From Blepharisma stoltei ATCC 30299 (taxonomy: Eukaryota; Protista; Ciliophora): a stretch of 64,000 nucleotides of DNA. Position numbers and translations under genes: made by a program. Shown here in pieces: positions 1 through 12,566 of the stretch (the first letter of the stretch is position 1; each line of letters starts with the position of its first letter). The DNA is taken from positions 372,001 through 436,000 of the forward strand of contig CBFDEM010000035.1 in NCBI GenBank assembly GCA_965603825.1, written 5' to 3'. The notes under the pieces were generated by a model. That model was not told where the DNA came from. It was given only the letters and a program-made list of their open reading frames with translations, and ran no database searches.

Positions 1-2244
1 CCTGCTCTTAGCTATCTTCATTTGTTCTAAAATTAATTCAACTTCTTTCTGCTTCTTCGACAACTCTTCACTTTGCCGCTTGTTTGTTTCTGCAAATTTT
101 AAAGTTTCTCTTTCCTTATCTTCAATAGCTATTTTGAGTTTTTCTTTGTCGATTAATATTAATTCAATTTCTTTGCTGGCATCAGAGAATCGAGTTTTAA
201 AAATGTCTCTCTCGTTTTTAACACTGCCCAGTTCTTCAGAAATCTTTATTGATTTATCTTTTATCTGAGCTACCATAGCTGAAGCGGTTTTATTGAAATG
301 TGCTATGAAGTCACTGATTTTTCTTGAGTACTCAGATTTCATGGCCAAAACTGTGCTTTTGGATTCTGAAATCGACTCTTTTATTTTACAAGCTTTTCTG
401 AAAACTGATAGTTTTGACTGGTGATATTGAAAAGTTAGAGATTTCCTCAAAATTTCTGCTTTTTCTTTGTTCTCACGCGCAATTTCACTTATTTTTGATT
501 TTATCAACACTAAGCTTTCTGAGTTTGCCTTCATTTGCAGGTTTTGAAGTTTTTTTATATCATTGATGCTAAATTTCACACTTTCAGTTGTCTTTAGAAC
601 ATATTTTAAGCTTGTTCGCAGCTTTTCTTGTGCTTTAGAAGCTTTAATCAAGCTAAATTTTAATTCCTCATTTTCTTTTTTCTGAAGCTTTGCATCATTT
701 ATTTGATTTTCTAATAAGCCACTTAGATTTGCATTTGCCAGCTTTGTTTGGTTATTCTCATCCATAGCTTTTCTCAAGAAAATACTTATGATTCTTGTCC
801 CGTTTTGGCAGTTCGAATTCCAATTTCTGGATTCCTTTATTAAATTTCCTTTTATTTCTCTTGCTGCATTTTTAAGTGCATGAATCTCAGATGAAACCAT
901 TGGCAATCTATTAGATAAGCAGTTTTTTAAGCTCTCAATTTTCTTTTCTAGCTGGTTTATTAGAGAGTCTTGGCTCTCGATTTTCAATAAATAATAATCA
1001 ATTTCTTCATCTTTTTGGTTATCAAGCTTAATTTGACTGGCCAAATCTTTAATAATTTGTTTGCACTTTTCCACTTCATTTTGGAGCTCTTCTTTTATAC
1101 CATATAAACTTTCATTTTTTGTATAAAGAGCATATAATTCTATCTTTAAACTCTCGTTTTCTTTTATTAGCTCCTGATTATCATTATTCCCTCTTTTTTT
1201 TTGGAATTCCTTGAATTTTTCACCCGTAAGTTGTTTCCATAAATAAGAGTCATAGTCCACCACTTTTTTCAATTCCAAGTTCATTTCTCTCATTTCTTTT
1301 ATTTTCTTTTTAATAGCCATCATTTTCAAATTTAAGTTTGGCCCTGATTTTTTCCCTTTGCCTTTTTCAGCTTCCAGTTGGCTTTTCAGCTGCTTCAATA
1401 TTTCTTCATATTGATTTTGAAAAGGATGCCGGTTTGCATATTTTGAATCCGGGTTTAGCTTCCCATGTTTCCATTTTTCAATTTCTATAGCAAACATATA
1501 CAATTCTTGAATTTTTCTTTTCCCTGAAAAATTCCCTTCAAAAATACTAGCTTTTTTCTTCATTAAGTTGACCATATCATCTCTTGACCTATCAGCAAGT
1601 TCTACTGCAGTTTTTTCGCTTGCAAAAATAATATTTTCAAAAAAGCTTTGTGTGTCATTTTGGCTGATCAAGTAATTGATAATTTTCCCTTTGATTACTT
1701 CAATAGCTATAGCTGCCTCAATTATCTCTTCCTGTGATGAGTCTTGGTCAATATCATTGCTTTTTTCCACCAATAACTCTACTGCTTTTTGAATATTCAA
1801 AGGTAGCTTCCCACATTTTGAGATTATATTTTTCAAATTTTCTACTGATTTATTGATCAAGTCTCCACTTTTTTCACTAGGGATTGCCAGATTTGGAGAG
1901 TAAGACCGTTCCAGGTTTCTTGGCGTGAGATCACTGAAATCACTTGTATAGCTTGTGTCCCCAATTGTCATGAGACTCTTAGAGTTCAACAGCATAGACT
2001 CGTTGCTTCAGCCTGTATGTGGCTGGTTTATTCTAGCTGGGGACTGAAAAAATTCATCTTCATTTGTCCTAACTGTATTTGTTCGGGAATGATTTCGTAG
2101 TGTCAGAAGTTTGTACAATTTTTGATACTCTTTAATATAAAAAGATACAGGTTGTGAGGGCAAATCTTCTGTGAATGGAGAGGATTCTATTGAGGAGTGC
2201 CCAGAAAATTCACTTGCAGGGACAGTTAAATGAACTTTCCTCAT
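1..2244 (-). CDS. Hypothetical coiled-coil protein, 3' end runs off the window
   Basis: ATG at 2244. The frame continues through TGA(Trp) at 2008-2010 into K/E/Q-rich heptad-like sequence toward the window edge. Confidence 0.7.
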
Positions 2245-2256
2245 AATTTATTAATT

Positions 2257-2910
2257 TTATAGTCTTGTTAATATGAGTAACAAAAGTACGGAAATGACTA
2301 GGAAAAATAAAGCTAAAAGAAAGATCATGCAGAATCGCTTTTTCGTTCGACCTCGTCTACTTGCAATTTCTAGCTCATCTACAACTCCGCTTGTGTTTTC
2401 GCCTGCTTCATGGATGTTATTTTCTATAAGGTCTAGTTTTAGACCTTGCTCTCTGGTCATTTCTGCAAAATCCTTGAGCATTTCTGCAATAAGGGTCATT
2501 TTTATTTCGACTGTGTGGATCCTTTCGTTTCTTTCCCTTAACATTTCTTCAGTAAATAAATCGTGAACTTGGACTTGAGCCTGAGCTTTTTGTGCTTTTT
2601 GAGATTCCTGGAATGAGTTGAGGGCGTTTTCAAACTCATCAGAGTAAGTTTGCATTAATTTTTCTTTTTTTGTTTGTTCTGCTTGAGACTTTGGCTGATA
2701 ATTTTCTATGTCTCGTAAGGTTGACTCAATAAATTCGCATTCTTCGTTGGCTTTGGCTAAGAAATTTGCTCCATTGCTGGATGATAAATTAGTTTTTAAA
2801 GCTTCCATGTGCTGCCTTAAATCTTTTTCTTTTGCTTGTAAAGGATTATCGAGTAGGCGTTGCTATCTCTTGATTACCTTGACATCAGATTCAGGCTTTT
2901 TCTTCGACAT
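2257..2910 (-). CDS. Syntaxin-like (Qa-type) SNARE with C-terminal TM anchor; one 15-nt intron (2863-2877)
   Basis: SNARE motif ERNERIHTVEIKMTLIAEMLKDFAEMTREQGLKLDLIENNI with Q zero layer and a hydrophobic tail. ATG at 2910 is joined via intron GTAATCAAGAGATAG, which holds an in-frame TAG. Confidence 0.85.
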
Positions 2911-3143
2911 TTTAAATCTAAGTAAATATAAATTTTAATTATATAATTGCTTTAGCAATACTAATTATATTTTTCAAATATTTTTATTAATTGTTTAAAT
3001 AAATCCTGATTTCATATATTAAAATCTATCACCAAATAAAATGATTTTTGTCATTAAAATCATTTATTAATTTATTTTAAATAATGATTTATATATTCCT
3101 TAATAAAGGAAGTTTCTTTATAGTTTTCAATTTTACTCTTAAT

Positions 3144-3815
3144 TTAAAAGATCTCGCAAATGCATGCACAAGCACATCTGGGAGCGTCCATAGCCAGCTG
3201 TTTTGACCTTTTTTGCTTTTCACTCGATGTAATCTTTTTTGTCGGCCCAATATTTGGCTTTTCTCCCCCGGCCATCATAACTATAGTAGATCTCAAAATA
3301 TCAGTCAGCACATCCTGAAAGGCCTTGTCCACATTTTCTGCTGTTAAAGCAGAAGTTTCCATATACAGTAATTGATTTTTTTGGGCATAAATTTTGGCTT
3401 CCTCTTGTGGGACTTTTCTCTCATTTTCGAGGTCATTTTTGTTGCCGATCAGCAGGACCGAAAGAAGGGAGTCCCCCATCAGCTTCAGCTCTCTGATTCA
3501 TTTAGACAGATTTTTAAAGCTTTCTCTGTTTGTAATGTCAAAGACAACGAGAGCGCCTTTGACCCCTCGGTAGAACGAAGGAAGGATTCCGCGGTACTGG
3601 TCTTGGCCTGCAGTATCTCAGATTTCAGCTTTGACGACCTTGCTGTCAATGTCAACAATTTTGTAATCATTTTTGAAACCATGGGTGCTTGGCATGCTCT
3701 GACAGAATTCATTTTTTGTGAACCGGCTTCGGATGCTGGATTTTCCAACTGTTGAGTCGCCAATAATGACGAGCTTGAAGCTGTAGTCTATGTCTCTACT
3801 ATCGTTGTTTTCCAT
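3144..3815 (-). CDS. Divergent Rab-family small GTPase (Rab11/Rab2-like), 223 aa
   Basis: GDSTVGKS, IW(TGA 3618-3620)DTAGQD, GNKND, ETSAL and a Cys-rich C-terminus. A second TGA(Trp) lies at 3498-3500. Confidence 0.93.
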
Positions 3816-4093
3816 GTAAATATGAATTATACTGACTGCGGCCAATCAAAGTTTTAGCTTAATTTTTATATTAAAAAATTGAAAAGGAGTCATTAGGGAT
3901 ATAGCTTAAGATTTTTGCCAATTTTAAAGAATATAATATTACTTTTACAGGCGAGGCTTTATCTTTTTGCACATTATAAGAACAAAATAAAGATATTTTG
4001 ACTAAGATTTCTTAATCAAAGATCATCTTGTTGCAAAATTTCTCAATTCCAGAGTTTTTGAATTCTTTATTGCAAAATCTCACATAATTATAA

Positions 4094-4657
4094 ATGGCAC
4101 AACGAGAACCTTGCCCAGAAAGATTCTTTGACGATCTTGGAGGAGCCTTTGCAATGGGCGGAGTTGGAGGGGCGATTTTTTATTTCTTAAAAGGCTTCTA
4201 CAATGCTCCATCCAGAGAGAGATTTAAAGGTGCAATGACCGCAGTAAAGCTTCGAGCACCCATACTCGGAGGTAGTTTTGCTTTATGGGGAGGCCTGTTC
4301 TCGACTTTTGACTGTTTTTTATTATGGTACCGTCAGAGTGACGATCCTATTAATGCAATTGTTTCAGGGTTCGCAACTGGTGGAATTCTTGCCCTTCGTT
4401 CAGGATTTTCAATAGCATGGCGAAATGCAGTCGCAGGTGGAGTAATTTTGGGCATTATTGAAGGTGTCAACCTCGCATACACAAGCATGATGGTTAAGCA
4501 AGGCATGTTGATGATGCAGGAAATGCAAAAAATGCAGGTGGAAAGACAAAAGAGGATCATGAAAGGCCTGCCTGATTTCACACCAGAAGAAATAGAAGAA
4601 AAGATGCGGCAGACTCAGAGCAAAGGGGGACTGAGTGCAATGTTCAGTAGAGGATAA
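4094..4657 (+). CDS. TIM17: Mitochondrial inner-membrane translocase subunit Tim17
   Basis: REPCPERFFDDLGGAFAMG, RAPILGGSFALWGGLFSTFDC and DDPINAIVSGFATGGILALR match the Tim17 family. Confidence 0.95.
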   Translation: MAQREPCPERFFDDLGGAFAMGGVGGAIFYFLKGFYNAPSRERFKGAMTAVKLRAPILGGSFALWGGLFSTFDCFLLWYRQSDDPINAIVSGFATGGILALRSGFSIAWRNAVAGGVILGIIEGVNLAYTSMMVKQGMLMMQEMQKMQVERQKRIMKGLPDFTPEEIEEKMRQTQSKGGLSAMFSRG

Positions 4658-4693
4658 CTGGGAAAAAATACTAAGATTTCTTTTGAGTTAGAC

Positions 4694-7000
4694 CTAAGAT
4701 TTACTTTTAATGTTTAGTTGTTCTTTTTTATTTTCCACAATGCTCTCTAGTAAAGTTTTTTGAAGGCTTACAGGCTGCGTGCTGCGATTGGAAACGGTGA
4801 AGTTTACTTCGTGGACGTATCCAGATAAGATGTCGTTATCATCCATAGCGACGATTTCGTCAATGCAGCTTCCCATGAAGCTAGAGTCGACTTCTATTTG
4901 CTGGACTCCTCCAGTGCCAAATTCTTTCATCCTCAGCTCTTCATACATGCTTTTAAACGTCAGCTTCACAATGCTGCTTAAAATGCTGTTCAGCTCAAAT
5001 TTTACATTTTCATAAGTTTTCGCTTTTCTTGCGAAAAGTCTTTCCATTTCCAATTCTACGTTATGCTTAGCCCTTTTTCTCTTAAATCTCTGATTAAGTG
5101 CTTGTTCTCCCCTAAAAAAGACTTTCAGTTCCTTTTTGGCGATTTTCAAGTTTTCTATAATTTGCACGATTATCTATATTAAAATTACTGGATGTACATC
5201 AATTGGCTCTGTGTCTATTAGTCAATTAATATTAGCGTATTCTTCTAGCATGTCAGAAAAGAGCTTTCCATAGTGCTCAATGTAGATCGTTAAGAGGTCT
5301 TCTTGAGTTTGTTTTAAAGTGATAAGTAGCTCTGGCTTTGCGACCCTTTGGATGATGTCATTTAATTCTGGCTTTGAAATTCCTAGGTCTGAATAGGAGC
5401 TTGATATAGTGCTGAGAAGCTTGGGGAGGCCGTTTTCTTCTAGAGAAATTGAAATTTTGAGAAGCGCTATCAAAAATGTCCCGCTTTTATTAATTTTGTA
5501 TAAGCTTGATAGAGAAGGATCATTGCCTGCATATCTTGATGAAAAAGATGAGACTGCCTGCTTGAAAAACTGGAAAAATTGGATTAAATGTGACACTATT
5601 AGTGACACAAACATGATCCCAGACGTTAAATAAGATTTTGACGACTCTATTAGTGGTTCCAGTTCTATTACAGACGCAATTACAGAGTACATAATATCAT
5701 AAACCGCTTTGTCTGTAGGTCCTTCAATGGACTCAGGCAGTCCTTCAGTCGAGTTTTCTATATCTCTGCTAATATTCTCTAAAAAATTGACTAAGTTTCC
5801 TTGCAAATTTTCTATGACTTTTTCGACCTCATGCCTAATGGTGAATTCAAATAGCTCCGAAAACTTATCACTTACACTGAACTGGCTGCTAGAAGCCACT
5901 AATGCTTTGATTTGCTTCATGTCAGAATTTACTATATGAAGAGCCTTCGTAAAAGGTCCCAGCTCTGAGTTGACTTCTTTTAATTTATTTTTAATATTGT
6001 TGATATATATTGTAAGCACGTCCCTCACGTAATTTATCATCAAGTTTTTCTGTTTTTCACTGAAAATTTCATTAAAAGAGACCAGTGAATTCACAAATTG
6101 AGGGATCCCTTGTTCGTGGACCTCCAAAATATACCAGCTGAAAGAACCTTCTTTTATAGAGTATTCTCTGTCAGTTTCGTTTATATTTACTCTGATATCT
6201 TGGTCAATGCTTTGAATTGAGCTGTAGGAATCTGCCATAGGCATAATTGGGGTTGATTTTGCAGACAAAGTCGCTTTTTCATACAACTTTTTTAGTGTCG
6301 AAATTATGTGACTCTTATGGCTATGTAAAAAATACTAATTGAAAAACAAAGTCGGCAGCTTTTCTGACTCATCTCCAAGCCATGCCATTTCTTTTATGTA
6401 CTTCGTAAATAAGTGAGCAGGCAAGTTTGAGTCTTGCAGCTTGCTTCATAAGATTTTTTTGATTGTTTCTGTGCATTCCATAGTTTCTTGATAGATAGAA
6501 GCATAAGAAGTGTCAGTTTTATGCTGTTGCAAAAAGGACTGAGAGTCATGATAGCTTTCTGCTGCTTGGTGAAAATCTACAACTTTATTTTTATCAGAAT
6601 TATTCTCAATTGCGGATCTCAAAAGAGCTGGCAAGTCACAGATGAATTTAATTTTCTGCAGCTCTTCATGAATTCCTACCAATTTTTTGATTTCTTGCTG
6701 TTTTAGTCCTAAGACTCCGTCTACTTTTTCAGTCAAGCCTTGGATCTTGCTCATGCTTTCTTCGAGCCTTTTCATTTCGTCTTCCATTTTCTCGACGTTG
6801 GATTTCATTGATTTTATTGTGTCAGTAGCTGATATGAATTTGTTGTAATTTTCATATACTAAAGTTTGCATATTTCCATCAAGTGTCCTAATTTCTGAAG
6901 ATAAATTGTTCTCAAGTGATAATAATTCTTCTAAAGTATGGCTCGTGATAAGCTCATAGAAAGCGCTTTCAGAATCAAAATCGACTTTGTCGATATCCAT
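4694..7000 (-). CDS. VPS51: GARP/EARP complex subunit Vps51; 15-nt introns at 6321-6335 and 5174-5188
   Basis: N-terminal EIRTLDGNMQTLVYENYNKFISATDTIKSMK motif and C-terminal GGVQQIEVD. TGA(Trp) at 6446 and 5222. Introns GTATTTTTTACATAG and GTAATTTTAATATAG remove in-frame stops. Confidence 0.9.
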
Positions 7001-7027
7001 ATTAATGTTTTAGCAAATTGGAAAGAA

Positions 7028-7936
7028 TTATTCATTTTTAAACCAATACTCAGAGATATCCAAAGCAATAAAGCAGCTGGACCTGACAGGCTCTGCTGGG
7101 TCATTTTTATATTTTTCTCTACATATTTCTTACAATATTCCCAGCGCTTCAGGAGAATCTGTGATTGATCCAATAGCTTCAGCAGCTTCATGTCTCGTAA
7201 TATAATGGTTACTTGTGTCTTCTAATGCTTGAATTAAATAAGGAATTCCTGCAGCTGCTTTTTCCTGCATTTGCCCAAGCACAAAGGCAATTTCATGCTG
7301 AAAAAGTGCAGAGAAATTCTGATTTCCAAATCCTTCACAAATTGCTAAAACTGCTTCGTCAGTTCCTATATCTCTTAAAGAAAATAGAGCTCTATACCTA
7401 TTGAACAGTGATTGGGTTGTGTCGTGATAAATTTCTTTTAACTGAGGAATTGTAAGCTGGGCTGCAAATTTAGGGGCTGGGTCTATAGAAAGTATTATAG
7501 GGGATGGAGGAATTCTGCATAATAGTTACTCTTCAGGATTTTGGAGCCAATTAATACGGTCAATTGCAAGCTGGCAAGTTTCTGCAAGTTCTCTGATTGG
7601 GGAGGCTGAGTAAGCTTGTAATATAGGAAGAAAACGAAGATTTCCTATTGCGCCTAGTGCTTCTGCAGCTTCGTGGCGAGAGATTACTTCTAAAGTTTCG
7701 TTTTGTAAGGCACTTATTAAGAATGCTTCAGATTCTGGAAGGTGGATTTGGCCTAGAACGTAACAAATTTCATGCTGAAGAAGCTGGGAATCAGTAGAAA
7801 ATCCTTCAACTAAAATGGGGACAACTTCAGGAGTTGCGATTGTGCGGAGGTAAAATACTGCTCGCATTCGTTTTGTGATAGGGTTTGTAGGGGTTATTAA
7901 GGCTTCGTGCAGCTCTGCAAGGTTGTATCCAGCCAT
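7028..7936 (-). CDS. DOHH: Deoxyhypusine hydroxylase; 15-nt introns at 7515-7529 and 7119-7133
   Basis: Four HE motifs (QHEICYVLGQ, RHEAAEALG, QHEIAFVLGQ, RHEAAEAIG) and the SIDPAP linker. Introns GTAACTATTATGCAG and GTAAGAAATATGTAG restore the frame. Confidence 0.93.
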
Positions 7937-8072
7937 TTTAAAGCTATATTATCTCTAATAATTATTATTTATATATGGGTTATCGTTTTAGTATAAGTCA
8001 AAAGATAATAAATTAAGTATTGTAAAAAGATCTGCAGTGTTTTACTGGGTAAAAATCATAAAAAATTGTAAA

Positions 8073-8753
8073 ATGAAGTCAAATAGCAATTTAAGAGAAC
8101 AAATCTTAGAACTTTCTAAACAAAATAAGGCTAAGAAAAAGTCGCTAGACAAAACTATTGAAGAAGAAAAAAGCAGAATCTCTCTGTGAAACATCGAAAA
8201 CGCAGAAAAAATAAAGTAATTTTATATCAGGCTGCATATAAAAAAGAAAAATTCGTTAGAAGACCGAATCATACAAAAAATTTTCCCAATTCCTAAAAAT
8301 AACGATATTTCTCCTTATACATCACTTGATTATGGCTATCCAAAAGAAGAAAAAGTGCCTTTATACAACCAAAATATCAAAAAATTCCAGAGCTTCAGCC
8401 TGGCAAGTCCAGTAAGTGAAATTAAAACTGAACGAAAATCTGAGGTAAAAATATCTGCAAGAAGGGGTCATTCTCTGTCTCAAAGTCGTGGAATGTCACC
8501 AAAACTGAATAAAAATAGAGAAAATAGTAGCTCACACAGCTCTCTATCTTACAGAGGCAGCTGAAAAATTAACAGGAAAAACAGCAAAGAAAAGCTAGTT
8601 CATTCAAAATTCAGTGTATATCAATCTGCCATGAAAAATTTCCGAGTGAAAAATATTCGCGACAAAGAAAAGCAAGACATCAATAAATCTCTTGATCACA
8701 TAAATGAAGTAATACAAAAGTCGAAACAAAACAGAATAAAGAGACAGATTTAA
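8073..8753 (+). CDS. Hypothetical basic protein (~221 aa); 15-nt intron at 8216-8230
   Basis: ATG at 8073, two TGA(Trp) codons, intron GTAATTTTATATCAG removes a TAA, stop TAA at 8751-8753. Confidence 0.65.
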
Positions 8754-8797
8754 CTAATTTAATCCATAAACGTTTCATGGAAAATATGTAAAATAAT

Positions 8798-10606
8798 ATG
8801 TCTTTACAAAATGATCCAATATTAAGTGAAGTTATGCTTAACACTTTGGAAGAAAGCAAAAAACTCGAAAAATCAGGAAGGCTAAGGGATGCACTGGTAA
8901 AAATAGAAAAAATTTCCTTTGATGCTTTGAACGCAAAACTTCCATTTTCAAAAAATATTATACAACAGGTTGTACAGCTATGCAATAAAATTTTCTCTCA
9001 AGATTCAAAACTCAAATGACTGCGAAGAGCTGAACAAATTCTCACAGCTTTTTTCTCAAAGACACAAGAATTTTTGGATGAAAAAATGTTTAGATTAATG
9101 ATGCTAACTTATAACAATTGGGCAACTTATCATCAATCCTTAAAAAAGCCAAGCAATGCATTGAGCTATTTAATTCGTGCAGTAAAATTTTACGAAGACC
9201 ATAATGTCTCGTCGCCTGAGTCCTTGCAAATCGCAGCTAAAACTATGCTGAATATGAGTGCGATTTATTCAGAAATACATAAATTTAAAAAAGCCAGAGC
9301 AATAGCTGAAAAATCTTTATTTATTTTACAAGATGAGCTCAAGCAGCGCTTAGAAAATAGATCTCTCGAACAGCTCTCTGAATTTGAAAAGAAAAAAGTG
9401 GAAAACCTGATAAAAACTTATATCATTGCATTTTATGATATTGGGGTGGCTGAGGAATCTTTGGGAAATCTGAAATCTGCTGTAAAAGCTTATCGAAATG
9501 CAGTTTCTATCGGAAAACAGTTTATTGCAAAAAATGATGAAACTTTGGTCATAGCACAAGAAGCTTTGGTAGATGCAAGCTCAAAACTGTCTGAAAAATC
9601 GCTTGATAAAAAAATAAAGCCAATGACCAGCAAAGAATTTACAAGAATTTTAAAAAATCACAAAAGGAATATTTCAAGCGAAACTGAATACCAAAAATCT
9701 TTATCAGAGCTTAAGCTAAGCTTAGATAAGCCTGCAGATCAACCGCTTTCTCCTGCCTTAAGCGAAATAGGCTTATCTCCTATTCATATGAAAGACGAAC
9801 CTAAAAAACCAGAAAGATATTACTCTGACGAACAATTGCGCCTCTACCAAAAAAAATTAAACCAAAGAAGCAACAGATTTATAAGCGCTGACGAATATTT
9901 TTTTTCAAAACTTAGTAAAGCTTTTGAAGTGAAAACTGACAAAATTCGCCCATATTCGGCAGCCGGGCTAAAAAGATTTCAAAATAGTGAAAAAATTGAT
10001 AGAAAAATTATTTCTGAGCTGAGACTAAAAAAGAGGTCTATTCTTGGGAATCCAAGCTTTTCCAATAGAGACTTTGACGCTGTTTTCCAGAGAATTGAAC
10101 AAATGAAAAAAGAAGATGTCGAAAGATCAAAGAAAAATGAAATTACAATGAAATCCAAGCTGAAAACCAGGGTTTACAAAGATGTTCTTCAGGTTTTAAA
10201 TTCAAATCAAGCCTCGCAGCCTAATAAAATTTATCCTCAGCAGCGACTCTATTTTAAACCTCCAGTAAGACTGGATTTCCAAATGCATCATAGTGCAACA
10301 ATTGAAATGACTGCTAAGAAGATGATTAGGCCAGCTGCCAGCAATAATATTGACAACGCAAATAAAGAAATCGAAGAAATTATTGACAATCTCCACATTG
10401 ATATGAAGAATTCTGATGAACATCTGGAAACTGAAGCAGCAAATAAGAATAGTGAAACTAAAGAAGAGCCAGCTTGTGAGCTTGTTCAGTCAATTCTCGA
10501 TAAAGCTAAAAAGGCACTTAAAACCATACCAATTGTAAAAAGGACGCCTATGAAACGAGCAACAACCGCTGCAGTTTTTCAAACATTTTCGTATATGCCA
10601 AAATAA
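8798..10606 (+). CDS. TPR-repeat-containing protein (~602 aa)
   Basis: ORFs 8798 and 9074 are joined by TGA(Trp) at 9017-9019. TPR-like helices include TYNNWATYHQ..ALSYLIRA, TMLNMSAIYSE..KARAIAEKS and AFYDIGVAEESLGNLKSAVKAYRNA. Confidence 0.8.
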
Positions 10607-10690
10607 TAATATTTTAAACTATAATTTCCCTTTAAAATTCTTCTGTCTTTCCCCAATACAATACTTAACTGCCAATTTAAAATCTTTAAA

Positions 10691-12254
10691 ATGTCTGGAT
10701 TCAGCAAGCTGTTAGAAGAGCGAGGGATCCCAAAGTCCTTGTACACGCCCATTGCCTATACTTCTCAAATCCAAGAACAATCGTTCGCAATTGAGCTGAT
10801 TTCAAAACTCTGCTCGTCCTACCCAGTCCATGAAAACCCATCCCCATCATTTCCAGAATTCACAATTGCGTATATTGTAATTTTCTATTCAGTGCCGCTC
10901 CCACAAGACGCTTGACGAAGTCGCTCAAGAGGCTTGGGCGTTTTATTTCACCCTGCAGAAATTTTCCAACGAAAGTGGGGAGTTCTTGATGCTGAATAAT
11001 TTTCTAAATGAAAATTGGAATAAAGAGACTTTTCTTTTTTATTTAAAAGCAAGAAAAGCAATTATACAGGTCAAGCTTGGGGACTCTTCAAAAGGAACTG
11101 TAGAGCTGAAAGACTTGATGTTGGGGACAAATGAGTGGGTGAGTTTAGTTTCAAAGCTATTCCAAGAGACGTTGAAGCCGACTTATTGTGTCCAAAGGAT
11201 GGCAGCAAGGCTAGTTGATGCAGATTACTCGACAGAAATTCCTGCATCGGTTTTCATTGAGTTCTGTGTAAATGAATTTCGTGAGGTAAAACTCAAAGAA
11301 ATTAATAAAAGCTCAATGAAAAAGCTGAATAATGTGCTTTTACCGTCAAATGGACAGAATAAACCTAAGCTGCCAGCAAGAAAAAACGAGCTGCCAAAGA
11401 ATTTCAATATTATGGACTATGGGAAAAAGCAATCAAAAACCTTAGCAAAGCAGCCATCTGTTGGAAGTTTAAAACAGATTGAATCGGTAAAAAATATTGA
11501 GTTTTCCAATAAAATTGTGGATGAAGAGCTTGAAATGGCAACAGTTGAAGAATCCCCTCAGTCCCACGAAAAGCCAAAATATTATTCGATTTCAATGTTT
11601 TCGACTGATTGGGAAGACCAAAAAAGAGAGTTAGAAGCTGATCTTGAAGACTGCCAAAGAGATTTGGAAGAAGTCATCATTGAAAGAGACAGGATTAAAG
11701 AAGCTCTAGAAGAAACAATCGAATTTTGCGATACAGTCTCGTATGAGCATGATTTACTTATAATACAGAACTCTAAACTTAAAAAAATTTTGAGCTTTGT
11801 CACAGATAAACTAATTAGAGTCGACTCCAAGCTGATTGCTGATATAGATTTTTCCGAAATTTTAAACGACCCTTGTAAAGAATTTAAGCCAACTGGAATT
11901 TTGAAGGAAAAAAGGGACTCGAAATCTTTTATCCCGAAATTCCCAGAAGTAGAGTCTTATGAAGAAATAGAGAATGCTCAATATGATTCCAAGAAAAAAA
12001 CATCAGAAAGTGACAAAGAAAATAAAAGGAGAAATATCCCACCTACACCAAAATTTACATTTGAAAATGAAGAATTTCCAAAAGAAATCTACACAACGCT
12101 AGTTGATTATAATCCTTCACAGTCTGGATTGCTGAATATGGTGAAAGGGGATAGAATTCAAAAGATTTCTGAGCATGAGGATTGATTTTTTGGAGAAAAT
12201 TTGCAGACAGGTGATAAAGGCTTTTTCCCACCGAACTTTGTATCTACGCAATAA
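10691..12254 (+). CDS. Coiled-coil protein with C-terminal SH3 domain; 16-nt intron at 10877-10892
   Basis: Intron GTAATTTTCTATTCAG joins two frames. The C-terminus reads YTTLVDYNP..LLNMVKGDRIQKI..DW(TGA)FFGE..GDKGFFPPNFV, then TAA. Confidence 0.85.
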
Positions 12255-12566
12255 TATTTAAAAATATTTAAAAATTAGTATATTGTATAACTCCATATCT
12301 TTAGTACACTAAAATATAGCATTTTGTCTTTTATTGTTTGCTATAAACGAATTAATACATTGTTACTTATATTTCTATATGGTGAAATTTGAAAATATCT
12401 TTAAAATTAACACATTTTGCACCACAGTAACACATTAAAATAGAAATTCTATTAAAAATAAACACTGTGATTACACTGAATGCCTCAATCTCTGTGACTG
12501 TTAATAAAAACAGCTAAAATTTATTGAAAAATAGGAGCTTATCGAGTTCTATTAATCAAACCATGC

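Noticed and set aside
8073-10606. A single gene spanning 8073-10606
   Set aside because: There is an in-frame TAA at 8751-8753 and no 15-16-nt GT-AG intron bridges to 8798.
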